Below are positions 36,301 to 49,942 of a DNA stretch of 64,000 nucleotides, piece by piece. The position numbers were made by a program, and so were the translations under genes. Below the pieces are notes generated by a model. That model worked only from the letters and a program-made list of their open reading frames with translations, was not told where the DNA came from and made no database searches. Position 1 is the first letter of the stretch, and each line of letters begins with the position of its first letter. Origin of the DNA: Azolla caroliniana. Its lineage: Eukaryota > Plantae > Polypodiophyta. The stretch lies in assembly GCA_043228905.1 (NCBI GenBank), contig JBHGNT010000005.1:4464001-4528000 (forward strand). Reading direction: 5' to 3'.

Positions 36301-38229
36301 CTCTTGAGGATCAACTTGCAAAACTCAATCCTCTCGGATATATTTGTGTAGGATATTTTACCTTAATTATTTAAAATCAGAAATTGTGTTCTTTCTTAAA
36401 TAGGTTTCAAGTATTCATTTATACACCTCCACTGCGCACAAAATAGGAATATGACTTTGAGATGATTACATGGAATCTAGACATTCAAACTACATGGAAA
36501 ATATTGCACATCTTGCCTTCTAGATGTAAGGGTAACTAGTGATTATGTGTTCACTTGATTAGGGATTTGCAATAGAGGACTTGATAGATTTTATTATCGT
36601 GCATGGAGATTAAATATGAGAACCCAAATCGAAACATTTTCTCAGAGCGTGTGAGGAGCTTAATGACACTAGATGTTTAAGAATTTAATATAAGGTATTA
36701 TGTGCCGAAAAAATTAAGTAATGATAAAAACTTTACAATAGGGACAAATTCCATACAAATCATATGGTAAAAGAGAAGAGGAATGTAGTAGTAAATAATA
36801 GATGTCATGCAAGAGAAGAAACATGTTAAATGAATTATAGAAGTGTTTATTAACATTTCAAGATGGTATAACTTCAAACAAGCTAGTTGAAACAAGACCC
36901 CAAATACAAAGCATTAGTACACAATATATTTCTATTGATTGTTATTGATGCATTTTTTGTTCTTTCCATGGTAGAAGGTTTTCCGCCTTTCACATCACCA
37001 AGTTCTTACGTGAAGAAGAAACAATCAAGTAAAGGACTTGGAGAAGGCTAGCCCCTTAGTCAAGTAGCATGAGCCTTGTAAGCTCATTTCATGCTTGGAA
37101 AGACATGTCCAATCCAGACACAATAGATTATGATGCAGAATCTTTTATGTGGTCGAGAAAGAGAATAGAGGTTTAGATTTTTTTATTAGAAAAATATCCA
37201 CACAACCCAATTGCATTGACTTTTAGCCAGTCGTGACTTAGAAAAGGATACGTACAATGATTCATTTTTATCTAGCATGTTAAAAACAGAGTTGAAAACA
37301 CTAGTTACAACACGGTGAAATAGAGTTTCCGTGAACGTCTAAAGGACTAGAAAGAGAGCAATTAACATAGTGTAGTATACAATGTCATCACATGGGACAC
37401 ACAAGTACTCGACAAATGTAGCACAAATGGTAAGGTTCTCTTTGCAAGGATAAAAAGTCATGCATGCATTTAACCACTCCATTCCACACAAACATCAAAT
37501 AGATTTATGAGCTTCGAATTGAGGTATATGTATGGATTCTTAAAGATATGGCTTACAAAATCTCTAGTCAAAGTAAAAAAAACTGAAAAGGATGAAGTAT
37601 GTGCAATTGCATCTTCTTTATACAAAAAATCTTCTAGAGACACTAATCATTAATACTTGATAGGGCATTGCCCAATGCCAAGATACACTAATACAACACC
37701 AAATACAAGGCCAAGGCAATATATTTGCAAACGTGGAAAACTTCGAGAAATCTTTTGCATTAAAGTCTCAAATGCAAAATATTTTAAACCCACATTGCAT
37801 CATTTTTGTCCTTCACTAAAAGAAATCACAATACAATATCACAAAGAAACATAAACACAAATGATAGAATCATCATCGATATAGAGTAGAACGAGATAAA
37901 AAGGATTCCCTACTTTAGCCTCATGAAATCACTGCTCATGGGCATTGCCGAAAGAGTGTAACTCAAGCAAGCCTTGACAAATAAGAAAAGATAAATTGAC
38001 TAAAAATATCACAAACATACAAATGATAGCGTTGCTACTAGGCATTCAAACAAGAAACAAAGGAAAGAATGAAATTGAGAAGCTGTGTTTTCACTAAGAA
38101 GGATAATGGCAAGCATCCGATGTCTGAAATGTTGAAATGGCTCCATAAATTAAAATCCAATGGCAAGATGTCAAGAAGGAACAATAATCTTTGATTACAC
38201 ATACGTGGGCGCAAGGCTGTTTTTTGCGA

Positions 38230-38785
38230 GTCCCATTTGTTGTTATGAAACCAACACAAAACTTAAAGTTTCCCTTAGGATCCTAAGGTAATGGTTCACA
38301 AAGCTTTTTAGTTGATTGCATAAGCAATGATATTCAAATTGAGCATGAATCGTAACGTTTCAACCAATAAATCGAAATCATATCTTTCAAACAAAACATT
38401 GAATTCCTTAGTTTTTGTGTGTCCCATTTGTTGTTATGAAACCAACACAAAACTTAAATTTTCCCATATGATCTTAGGTAATCGTTCCAATGCTTTTTGA
38501 TTGATTGCATAAGCAACAATATTCAAATTGAGCATGAATCTTAACATGTAAACCAATCAATCAAATCCTATTATTTCAAACAAAACATTGAAGTTCTTAG
38601 TTTTTGTTTCTCCCATTTGTTGTTATGAAACCAAATCCGTCATGGTTTTAGGGAATGGTTTACAAAGCTTTTTATTTTATTGCATAAGCAATGGTATTCA
38701 AATTGAGCATGAATCATAACATTCAGCAAATCAATCGAAATCATGCTTTTTCAAACAAAACCTTCAATTCCTTAGTTTTGTATTT
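38230..38785. repeat. Three ~190-bp tandem repeats
   Basis: tcccatttgttgttatgaaaccaa...ttgcataagcaa...tattcaaattgagcatgaatc...ttcaaacaaaac at 38231, 38423 and 38611. Confidence 0.9.
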
Positions 38786-40129
38786 GAACGAGGTGGCCAA
38801 AATCATGGATATTTTAGAGAAAGCATCAAATGCCTTGTATCTCATCTTGTTTCTTGTCTTTTCTTGAAGTGATATACACATATTATGACAAAAGAATACA
38901 ACAAACTTCGAAAGAAGTGACGTTGAGTGTAGCATGATTGAAAACAAATTCAAGAAACTTTGCTATTTTATCTTATTGGATTAAACATGCAACAATTTCT
39001 TCACTTGTTTGTTTGTTAGCAAGTCTCCTAAATTTTGTTGGATGCGCCCACATGAATTTGGTCTTGTTTGAAGAGAATAAATTTAAGGTAAACTCACCAA
39101 CATACCCACAAATTTCTCTTTATTTACCCAAACGCCCTTAACCTCGTAGGCAACTTCTATCCACAAATTGAGCAATTAATGGTCAATTCTTGGCCATTTT
39201 CTCCTTACAAGCTACTTTATGAATCACATTGGGGAGTAACATAAACATAAGGGTATTTAGTCAAAACTCAACCACATTTATATAGAATTTTCTAGCATGG
39301 ATTTGGATTGAAAGGCATACAATTAAGCTGACACACCTAACATAAATTGCCACATAAACAATCCATGAGGGGTTTATGAAAGGTCACCAAATCACATTGT
39401 CAAACACCAACATATAGCTAACCATCTATATATGCCACAAAGAAACTTATTATTCAACTTCTATCCAACAAGTAAAGACTAGGATATAAATCATCTTACG
39501 CTAGAGCTTTGTTAAGATTGATCTCATATTGATACTTTTCCAAATGTACGTAGCCTTTTGAAACATAAGTTTAACTTGCCAAGCACATAGAAATTCTCAA
39601 CAATCATCACATTTACTAGGTTGGAGGAAGACCAAACAATGGATACAAGTACGGTTTTTAACTACCATCCAGATTGCCATGTCAAGTGATGCCGTAAGTT
39701 CAGCTATCCAAAATTCTGAAAGTTATATTTGGAGTGATTATTATGCAAAAATGTTAGAAAAGCTCCAAGTAATTGTGAATCATTACTCCAAGCAAAAACA
39801 CGAAATAGAAATCCATGTGCCTTTAGTATCCAATCTTTATCATAATCGTTCATTTTCTCAAAATAATCACTAGAGAATGATGTAATACTAAACGTCAAAA
39901 TGTCATGTGCAAACATCATCAAATATCAACGTCGAAGTATCAATATGTCATGTGTGCTCTTAACAAAATTAGATTTCATTTTGAGTATATTTGAGGTACT
40001 AGACATATAATCAAGTTCTGGAAAAAGATCTCATAATCTTACATATTCACATTCAAAAGATACAAATATCTTGTGAAAATGGAAGTATATCTACAGTTAA
40101 CCAAAATAGAACTGAACAAGGCAAGGCAG

Positions 40130-42230
40130 GAAACATAACACGGCAAGTTCCAAAAAAATGGATATGCAAGGAACTGTGATTTGGTACCAAACAATGGGAT
40201 CCACAACGGTAGCCAAATATGAGATCAAGGCAAACACCTTCAATTGCCTTTCCCCAATTCAAAGAATGAAACCTTAGAGATGAGTAACAGTAGAGAAAGC
40301 TGTCGAGGCAAACGAATCAATGAAGCATCAGATTGATTCTCAACAATATCTGAGGATCAATGACAAAAATGATGAGTAATGTATCAATCAATAATAACCC
40401 TCATATAATGAATAAATCCCTAAGTGGCTGGTTTTTACCAGAATACCCCCTTTAACACAACCTAATCTTTTTAACAGGGGTACGGGATATTGGGCAGCAG
40501 TTTCAGAGGTATGATTTGAATTACCAGTACTATGGGGGATATTATTAATTGTTCATCAAATAATGAATTGACAAAAAATGGCCTTGCCTGATTGAAAGCA
40601 AAAATCCAAACATAGACATAGATATACTGCCTGCTCCGCTTTTGTTCGGTTGTAAGATTACCACTGTCCATCTTCTTTCAGATCAACAATGCCTACGGAT
40701 GGACCTAATGAAACATAATAAAATCTCATTATGTCATTAGATATGTCCCAACAATGATTAGGAGTGCTGCCAACAAATCTCTTTATGATATTGGATATGC
40801 CCAATGTTGATTCAAGAACGATTGGGAAAGCAATGGATATTGCTAGATTGCATATATTAGATATGCATTAATAATGACCAGAAACCAAAGTGACTATTAC
40901 TAGATCTTACGTGATATATGCCTAATGATGGGTCTCAATCAAGATTAAATATTAAAACTACAATAAAAACATGAGAGAGCTGAAGAAGCTTCTTGCTTAT
41001 ACTCACCACCGCACATGGTGGTGGATGGGATGGATGGATGGATGGATTGGGCAGATGGAAGGAGGGAGGGGGGGATGTATATGGATATATGTGAATGCAA
41101 ATGAAACAAAAATGTAACATATTTTCTTTTCTTTCCTTTGAATAACATGAAACTTTAAGGGATAGCTCATTAGGCCATGGTATGACAAATAGCACAACAC
41201 TTATAATCTGCACTAATTTCCAGCTCGACTTCCGTTTTGATTCAGATATAAACACAAATAATTTGTTTCATAAATACCAAACCTGGTTTTCTCTTCTTAT
41301 TTTGGCTTTAACTATGCCAATATAAACAGTGGTATCCCCGAAGGACAAAAGAAAACACTAAACACTGCAACAAAATGCAAAGTGTCTCGATGCATGCTAA
41401 TAGCATCCTGATTTATGCTCAGAATTCTATATCAAAAGGAAAGCTTGAACTTTAAATGGTTAAATGTATAGCATGTAATTATTAATAACTAAAAAATGGT
41501 TAAAAAAGGATAATCTCAAGCATACTAATACAGACAATAGGATTCTGATTAATGCTAAATGCCATAGCAACTCAAGCTTAAAATCTTAAGGTTAAATGAA
41601 TAATATCAAGAAAATGAGAGTTCAATGCATGTTAATGATGCTAAATCACATAGCACACCCAAGTTGAAACTTGAAGAACCAAATGGATATTATGAAGAAA
41701 ATATATGTCTCCTGATTTACCATCCTTAGTTACATACACTAAATTGCATAGCAAAAAAGCTTAAACTACATGTGAGGTTTATGTAACCAGAATAAACTAA
41801 TGTCTCCATAATTCTAATTCATGTTCAATGCCGTACAGAAAGGTTTTGTATGGATTATGCATATTATGTACCTCATGAAACAGAGTGTCTCAGAGCATGG
41901 TTATACACCCATACCAAACCAGACGATTATATGTACCTTGACAGACAAAATGGTAAAACAAAATGGAAGCAGATGATTACATGCCTTGAACAACTAATGC
42001 ATAGATGAATAAATCATGCAGAAATGGGACCAAAAAAATACCCTGTAATGCAATAGAATGAATTTTATATTACAAAACTCAAAATTGAGCCTTCAAATAT
42101 GATAAGCATACCTGTTCGATGAAGTTCTCCTCTACCAAGATGTCAGACAGCTTAATCCAAACATAAGAATCTAAGATCCAATAAAAATAGGGAGCATAGG
42201 ATATCATGTTGAATGCTCTCAGCAAGCAGC
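40130..42230 (-). pseudogene. Decayed tandem duplicate of phytol kinase (VTE5) that retains introns
   Basis: Remnants of exon 1 (HDILCSL...WIKLSDILVEENFIEQ|gt, ~42111-42215), exon 2 (KSSWKLVQIISVVLFVIPWP, acceptor mutated to CGG), the end of exon 4 (TMCGG), exon 5 (NKSGAGSISMSMFGFLLSI) and exon 6 (FLYCYSSLRF...ITVPCISIFFG). Frameshifted; exon 3 not found; intron sequences resemble those of the intact gene. Confidence 0.85.
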
Positions 42231-43690
42231 ACTAGTCTTTCAATTTAACTTCGTTCTTGTACAAGAGTGACGACAAAAGAGTTCACGGACGCATCCGGTG
42301 TTAGGCAGTTCCATCTTGTGCACTCGACAGTATTGCAGTCCAAGGTCTGCTGCACAAACACATGGGTTGTTGAGCAGCCATCTTTGACCTGTGCCATAAA
42401 ACACACACATCCTGCCAGAGGAAATCCTGGCATGGAAGGAGGGAGGGAGGGAGCAGAAGACGAAGATTCATATATATAATCTGCTCTACCTTCTGCCTTC
42501 ATGTAAAAAAAGAGAATGTCGCCGCCGCCAGTCAGGCACATAACAACATGAGTTATTCACAATTGTTGTGATTATGTGCTCTTCCATATACATACTTGGT
42601 TGTGATCATATGCTCTTCAGTATAGATATGTTCTCGGTGTTGAAAGTAACCTCTCACAAGTTCTCCATTGAAATTGTAATTGGCAAGCCAAAAATATACT
42701 AAAGCTTCAATCCCCATACAACCATGAGTATAGACGACTAATACAATCTTCTATTTGAGCTTACTTAACAGTTTATTGAAAAAGCAATTGGAACATTGTT
42801 GCTCACAAGCACAGGCATGATATAGAAATCCACAAGTTATGACGAGAGAATTTTCTTGCATTTAATTAGAGGCATCCCAACTTTACACAGATTAAGTCCT
42901 CTTCTAGTTGCTTCCATTAATCTAATGCCTGCAATACAATCCCGGTTCTTTAAATAGTTCTTTGAAATACCAACCTCTGAAAGAAAAGTCAATTATCCTT
43001 TACTACAAGTTTGTTTCTTTTTTTATTTACAAATCCATTCAACCTCTACCACAATTGTTCAATTTCTCCTTGGAAAAAAAGCACTACTAAGTTGATGTAA
43101 TGCTAATAATACATAGGACATTATGATGCAGACCAAAGAGCAATGGTCCTTGGTAAATTAACATCTATAAGCATGTGAAGCAAGAACCTTGTGCCAATGA
43201 AGTATTTAAGATATCACACTACAAAACTCCTAAACCAAGAACTTTATTGAGCACATATTTAATAAGGGTCTTTACCGCCCACCGCAAACCTCAATCAAAA
43301 AGGATTTTTTAGTGCAATTAATTTGGCCACATAAACAACACCACACCAAAACCAAACAAGATTTGAGAAGCTTCTTGACCATTCAGAACCAAAAACCCTA
43401 AGCCAATTAATTATTTGAGTACATTTAATGTCCTCATCATAATAAACTATTGACTAAAACCTCACATATCACATTAAATATATATGAAGTGTAAAAGACA
43501 CTCGGATATTGACATCAAAAGTATCTAAAGTTCTAACCAAATCAGGTCACTTTCGGAGTATGAGGAAGGTTCTTAACATTTCAAGTCCTGGAATAAGACC
43601 TCATACTCTTAACACATTCACATTCAAAAGATATAAATCTCTCATGTACATCGTAAGTATATTGAGAATTGCTAACCAAATCATACTGCT

Positions 43691-46600
43691 TTAGGAAAGA
43701 ACCATAGGGAATAGGATAAGTCCAAAGAGAATAGATACGCAAGGAACCGTGAGATTATCATCGAACACAGTAGGGAGAGGCAAAGACTCCACAAGCGTAG
43801 CCACAAAGGAGATCAAGGCAACATCTTGAATTGCCCTTGTCCAATCCAAGAGATAGAACCCTAGAGATGAGTAATAGTAGAGAAAGCTGTCAAGAAAAAA
43901 GAACCAACTGGACATCAGATAGATTCTCGATGATATCAAAAGGTCAACTTAAAAAAAACATTGGAAATATATCCAGTAATAACCCGGTTGTATCATGGAT
44001 AATAGAAATGAGAGAAAGAGACCAAATCAAAATTAAAAGAATACCCATCCAGTAAAAAATCTACTGCATCAGATGTGCTCTGGTAATTTTTGAGAGCTTG
44101 GAAGGGGGTATTTTCATGTTTTTGTCCCATAAATTGTACCCCTTCTATTTTCTTAAATATCAACACCTAACAGTTTAACAAGGGGTAGATATTGATAACT
44201 AGGAAAAATACAAGAGATATGATTTGCAATTACAATTTACCACAACTAGCATGGGTATTATTGATGTGTGCCCTTGAATAACCAATTCATAACAAAATGA
44301 TCTCACCTGATCGAAAGCAAAAATCCAAACACAAACATAGATATACTGCCTGCCCAGCTTTTATTAGGGTTGTAAGGAAGCCTAACACCACCCATCTTCC
44401 TCCCGATTATGTCCGCGAAACCTAATCATGGAACATAATAAAATCTCATGAAATTATTAAATATGTCTAATTAATGGTCAACAATAATTACAAAAGTTGC
44501 TCACAAATTTCATGACGTTATTAGATATGCCCAATGATCAGGAACACAGTGATTACTACTAGATAGTCTGTATTAAATATGCATTAGTGATGAGCCAAAC
44601 CAAAATGATAATATGTCTAATGTTGGTTCCCAATACAGATGAGGAAGAAACCACAAAAAATAAACTGTGAGAGAGCTGAAGACACATATTTCTTACCATC
44701 ACCTCCACACATTGTAGCTAATCCGAGCATCCCTACAGGAGACTCCCTCCAAAAGAAAACAGTGCAGACAGACAAAACCAGCACATAATATAATGGCCCC
44801 CTTAGAAGTTCCCTGCAAGAAATATTCGGTAAGATTGATACACAAAACACAAAAAATTATCAGAAATATAATCCTCAATTTTCAAAACTCCCCAAAATAA
44901 TCTCATTTTTCTCAAGTACTCATCTCTTTAAAATTTCTCTCCACTCTCTTGTGAAACATTGTAAAGAGGGAGAGATAGACAGATAGATTATCAAACCAAA
45001 TACCATCTGTGACACAGGTCCAGGCACATATCAATGAGCAAACTTGGATTCTCTTAATTTTCCATCATTCATGTCCACTGCGGATCGGGACCGATTCCAT
45101 GGCAAGGATCAAACTTGTGTTCTCTCCACTTCTCATAAAAGAAAATGTATGGGAATTGAAAACTTATTGAAGAGAAACATACTTGGAAGTACCCATGCGG
45201 CTTATGGATTTAACGAGGCCCTCATCCTTGAGAATACCAGTGCCATAGACAAGAAGCTTGAGTACATTGGAGAGAGGAATTGAGACTGCAAAGAATCGCG
45301 ACCATGGTGATACACTGGGCATCATAAGAAGAAGAGAAAACAGCACCTTAGTTTATATATTATATATTAAGTTAGGACGACATTCTTCAGAATTTGCATA
45401 TTAAAGCATTGCAAAAAAGTAATTCACAGGTTAAAAGACATCATATACGTATGTAAGTCAAGGTTGCCTAAATCTTCACATCTTCATATATAGATGCATG
45501 TGTGGTTGTCTTTGCAATGCAGTTGTAAACACAAGACAAGTATTTCTTAGGCAGTGGTTCTAAATGTAAGAAAAACTTTCAAGGGGAAGTTATTGTTTTT
45601 TTTATGCTTTGCATTTGTTTTTTCTTTTATGCTTCAACATTTCTTGATTTTGCCATCATAACAAGTGAAAATAGTCCAAGAAAATAATATTTATGTGATG
45701 ATAATAAGCTTTGTTTATGAGTAATTTGCACAGGCTTTTAAGAACCACAGAAATCGAGATGGCAAAAACCACTGAGGGCACCCCACAGGTTTTTTCAGGA
45801 AACAAATCTGGCACTTAGGGCACCCCATTAATAAAACCTGTGGGGGTGCCCTAAGTGCTAGATTTGTTACCTGAAAAAAACATGTAAATATACAAGCTTT
45901 AGAGAAAAGGTGAGAGTAAAACAAATAATTTCAACTGCCCAGACTGCCGTAGATCAGTTGCAAGGTTGTTGGGTGGAAGCTAGAGGGTCATGAGTTCGTC
46001 CATACATTCTAGAGTGGCACATCTAGTAAAGTAGTGCGTAGAGTTAGATTTGAACCCGAGTGCATGGGTTAATACAAACTTCACTAACCATCAGGATAAA
46101 GCCCTAACACAAGAAAAAAGAAGGTAGAACAAAACTATTCAACTCGTTAAGAAATATATAAATCTGCATGCAAAACTACCAAACACTTTGAATCCTTTTC
46201 ATAATATTCATTCTGTTGACCTGCCTATATTTAAAGTCGTTTGCCATGAGAATACCCTGGGTTGACATGTGTGTATGTAGTTTAGGAACCTAATCTCCAA
46301 CCAGCTACAACTATTTACATACTCCATTGGGTTGGTGGAAATGGTGAACGCTAAACATCTCAGATTATATTACCTTCATGTAACTTCAAAAGTATTTTCT
46401 TGCCTACATACCCCAGACTCTTCAGTCATCAAAACGCCTTTATTTAAAGAAGCTTGGCGTGAGGATTATCACCTTTTCCTCTAATCTTATCTGGTTTCAT
46501 TTATCTAGTTCAGTGAAAATGGGTTTGTGTGATTTGAACAGTCTGACATCCAGAGTTAACACGCATTGAAATGTTGACTTGGACATCCAAACAATCATCA

Positions 46601-48344
46601 CATATGGTTCAGGAACTTGATCTCTAAACGATATAGATGACCACGAGTACATATTCCGGTTTTCATAGTGTCCGTTATTTTGGTGGAAATGAACCTCCTT
46701 ACAATTTTGGAAGGAATTTCTTGCCTACATAACCTGGGCTCTTCGGTCATTGCAATTTTCACTGTATGGGTATTGTGGACAATATGAACATACAATTCAA
46801 TTACGTTCTGGTACTTTTGACACATATCATACATTCAGGTGTTTTTTTACTCAGGAAATTTTTACATTATTGCCGTATCTCTAAAGTAAAAGAGAAGTCC
46901 ATAGTTCTATATAGATAGATATGCCCTCTTCAGGAATGCAATGTGTTATGCAACAAAATAAAGTGTGCGCATGAGTATGTACGTATCAAAATAAATAAAT
47001 AATGTAGCATGTTTCCTCTACTTTTTCTTGAATGAAATATAGGTAAACAGAATTACCTGAATAAGGGCCATGACATGACGTATAGGACACCAGTTGAAAT
47101 GTGCATTAATTTGCGGCTTAACTTCTGCTCTGATTCAGAAATAAACAGAAATAATTCACTTCTTAAATATCAAACCCGTGGTAATAATATAATGTCTTCA
47201 TTTTAATATCTTTGTTTAAGTGTACAAGAGAGTGATAACAAAATGTAAAGTGTCTCAGAGACATGCTGATAGACATTCCTGTTTATGCTCATGGAAAACC
47301 TTAAGCTTTAAATTGTTAAATGGATTATGCCCATTATGAGATGGAAATTAGTCACCATAACCAAAAAACAAAAAGAGAATCTCAAACACATGCTATTAGA
47401 CTCGATAGGATTCTGATAGATGTTAAATGTCATAGCAAATCCAAGCACAGGCTAAATGAATATTATGAAGAGAAGAAGTGTTTCAACATGTGCTAATGGA
47501 CAATCTCGTATGCTGGTTTACACAAAATTCCGAAGCAAAACAATGCTTAAAATAAGTGTGTGGTTGACATAACCAGAAACAACAAGTGTCTCCGTAATCA
47601 TAATCTATATTAAATGCCATAAAAATAGAAGACCAAACTTAAGGTTGAATGGATTATTCATATCATAAAGCTGAACAAACAGAGTGTATACATGCATGCT
47701 TATAGACCCATAGCAAACGAGATGAATGTTAGTGTCAGACCAAAATGGCGAAAAATAAAAGTAGATGAATGGAAAATCCATAGATGAACCAAAAACGTAT
47801 CTTGAATAAGAATTGCATAAAGGAACACAAAAATGTCCTAAAATGTTACTTAAATCTTTATGGAAGATGCTTAATTCGGACTTAAATGATAACATACCTG
47901 TTCAATAAAGTTCTTCTTTACCAAGATGTCAAAAAGCTTAATCCAGACGAAAGAACCCACAAAGATAGTAAGGGTACATAGAATATCATGCTGCAAGAAA
48001 TCGTCTGGATTGAAGGTACCGAAATTGGATGAAGAGGATAAGCTATGTATTCGAAAGCCCGATCTTGATGACAAGGAACTGATCCTCAATCTCCATGAAG
48101 AAGAAGAAGATATAGTATCATCAGATCTCACACTCCGTCTCAACCTTGAGGAAGGCGAAGAAGAATCTAATATAGAGGTGGATGTTGGAGAGCCAATATG
48201 AATGTTGTATCTGTGAGCATCAAATGTCCGCCTTGAAGTTGTGATAGAAAGAAGAGGGAAAACAGCTCTTGTTCCCACCCCTGTTTCTGTAATGATGTGT
48301 GAGGAGGAACAGGGGACGGAATTCAGCAATGAAAAGGGGTTCAT
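43691..48344 (-). CDS. VTE5: Phytol kinase (VTE5-like), predicted chloroplastic, 6 exons, ~357 aa
   Basis: Exons 47898-48344, 47057-47124, 45183-45314, 44697-44812, 44307-44421 and 43691-43886, GT-AG in consistent phase. Ser-rich N-terminal transit peptide; KLSRKLMHISTG, ELLRGPLYYVL...FWRESPVG...MCGGDGFADIIGRKMG...PYNPNKSWAGSISMFVFG, ATLVESLP...DDNLTVP. FWRESP and MCGGDG match VTE5 rather than FOLK. Confidence 0.93.
45775..45879. repeat. Fold-back inverted repeat (~38-bp arms) in VTE5 intron 2
   Basis: ttttttcaggaaacaaatctggcacttagggcacccca ... tgggggtgccctaagtgctagatttgttacctgaaaaaa. Confidence 0.8.
45944..46110. mobile_element. Two convergent tRNA-derived SINE-like heads
   Basis: Plus strand gtagatcagttg...ggtcatgagttcg (A/B-box-like); minus strand gggctttatcctgatggttag...gggttcaaatct. 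The plus-strand head resembles 62617-62910. Confidence 0.4.
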
Positions 48345-48407
48345 AATTAACCTTAATGGGGTTTCTCCTCCTCCCCTGTTTCCTTCAGAAGCGACTGAGA
48401 CCTTCCC

Positions 48408-48483
48408 CTTCTTCTTCTTCTTCTTCTTCTTCTTCTTCTTCTGCTTCTGCTTCTGCTTCTGCTTCTTCTTCTTCTTCTTCTTC
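48408..48483. repeat. (CTT)n/(CTTCTG)n microsatellite upstream of the VTE5 ATG
   Basis: Directly visible trinucleotide/hexanucleotide tract. Confidence 0.9.
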
Positions 48484-48808
48484 TACATTGATGGCCATGA
48501 TAGCAACGCAAGTGTTGTTCATTCACAATGATTAGTGTTTCTTACTTACCCTGTTTTTTTTTTTTTTTTTTTTTTTTTTTTGGGCAGAGAGCAAGAGAAT
48601 GTTTTGTTCTGTTTTTTGGGGGGGGGGAGGAGGATGGCTAAAATTAGAGAAGGTGATCCTTAATTAGTAGAAGAATCAATGGAAGGTATTTGTTGCTCTT
48701 TTTACTTTTCCCTGCATATTTGAAGAAGGAGGCCCAATCACATACATACATACATATATTGCCACACACTTTTCTCTCTCATATGTGTGTGTCCTTTAGG
48801 TTTTTTAT

Positions 48809-49135
48809 ACATGGAAATTTTTAACCTATGTTATCTGCACATTTTTATATGGTGTGTTGTAGTAAACTTTACCCTCACCAAAAGTGTTGGTAAATTTTGT
48901 CACAAGAAGCGTCAGATTAGGCACGGGATGCGTAAGATTATGGTGTGCGTTTACGATGGTTTCGTTTCCTGTCTGTCTATGTGTGTATCTCTGAGGTGAC
49001 ATGGAAATTTTTAACCTATGTTACGTGAAATTTTTATGGTGTCTTGTAGTAACTTTACCTCACAAAAGTGCTGGTAAATTTGGCACGAGAAGTGTGAGAT
49101 TATGGTGGATGTTATACAGTGGTTTCGTCTCCCGT
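48809..49135. repeat. ~190-bp diverged tandem duplication
   Basis: acatggaaatttttaacctatgtta...aaaagtg.tggtaaattt...agattatggtg...ggtttcgt at 48809 and 48999. Confidence 0.8.
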
Positions 49136-49889
49136 TTTTACATTGGCCCAGGTATAAGGCATATGCTTTATTTTTGTCTCCGTGTTATTGTTGTCTCCCT
49201 GTTTAAATGTTGCACCATGCACTAGCAAGTGTTTTTTAGGTAAGCGTGTTCCTTTTTTAGTCTTGCAATTTACATTGTTGTTGTCCAGCATACATTGAGG
49301 TACTAAATGTGCAGTTCGTACAACATCCATTGAGTCACATCACTCAACTGACAATTGAAGGGTCTTCTCAACAATTGAAGATATAATAGTGATGAAGATA
49401 TAATGCATTGTTGACAAGTATGTATGCAATTCACATACAATCACAGAAGTGATAGAAGAGAAAAGAAAAAGATGCAACATTACATTTGATTCGCCTCGTG
49501 CACAAGGAGTTGTCCTTCGGTAATAAAAAAAATTGCTTCTTCACTGGGTTGAGGATAAGCAACAACTAGGAAGCCTTAATTACCCTTGTGGGTACAAAAA
49601 TTCTTTTATATTCACGATAAGGACGTCCATGTGTAAGGGAAACAATAAGTCATAAACACACATAAGCATGGGAATCTTATTTATTTTTTACTTTAGGAAA
49701 AACAATATACCACCATTGTGTATTTCATGTTAGCTTTTTGTAATGGTGGATAAGCATGTCAAAAAGAATTCGTTCCTAGAAAATTAATGTATCGTGATTA
49801 TGCAATTCATGTTAGATAGTGTAATTGTTCACAAGAAGAAAATCAATGTAAAGAAAGGAGAGTGATTGTATGCAACGGTAGGACAGTGA

Positions 49890-49942
<53 letters not shown>

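Noticed and set aside
33400-40000. Short ORFs in the AT-rich intergenic region
   Set aside because: No recognisable motifs or splice-consistent exon chains; probably very old TE debris that I cannot classify by eye.
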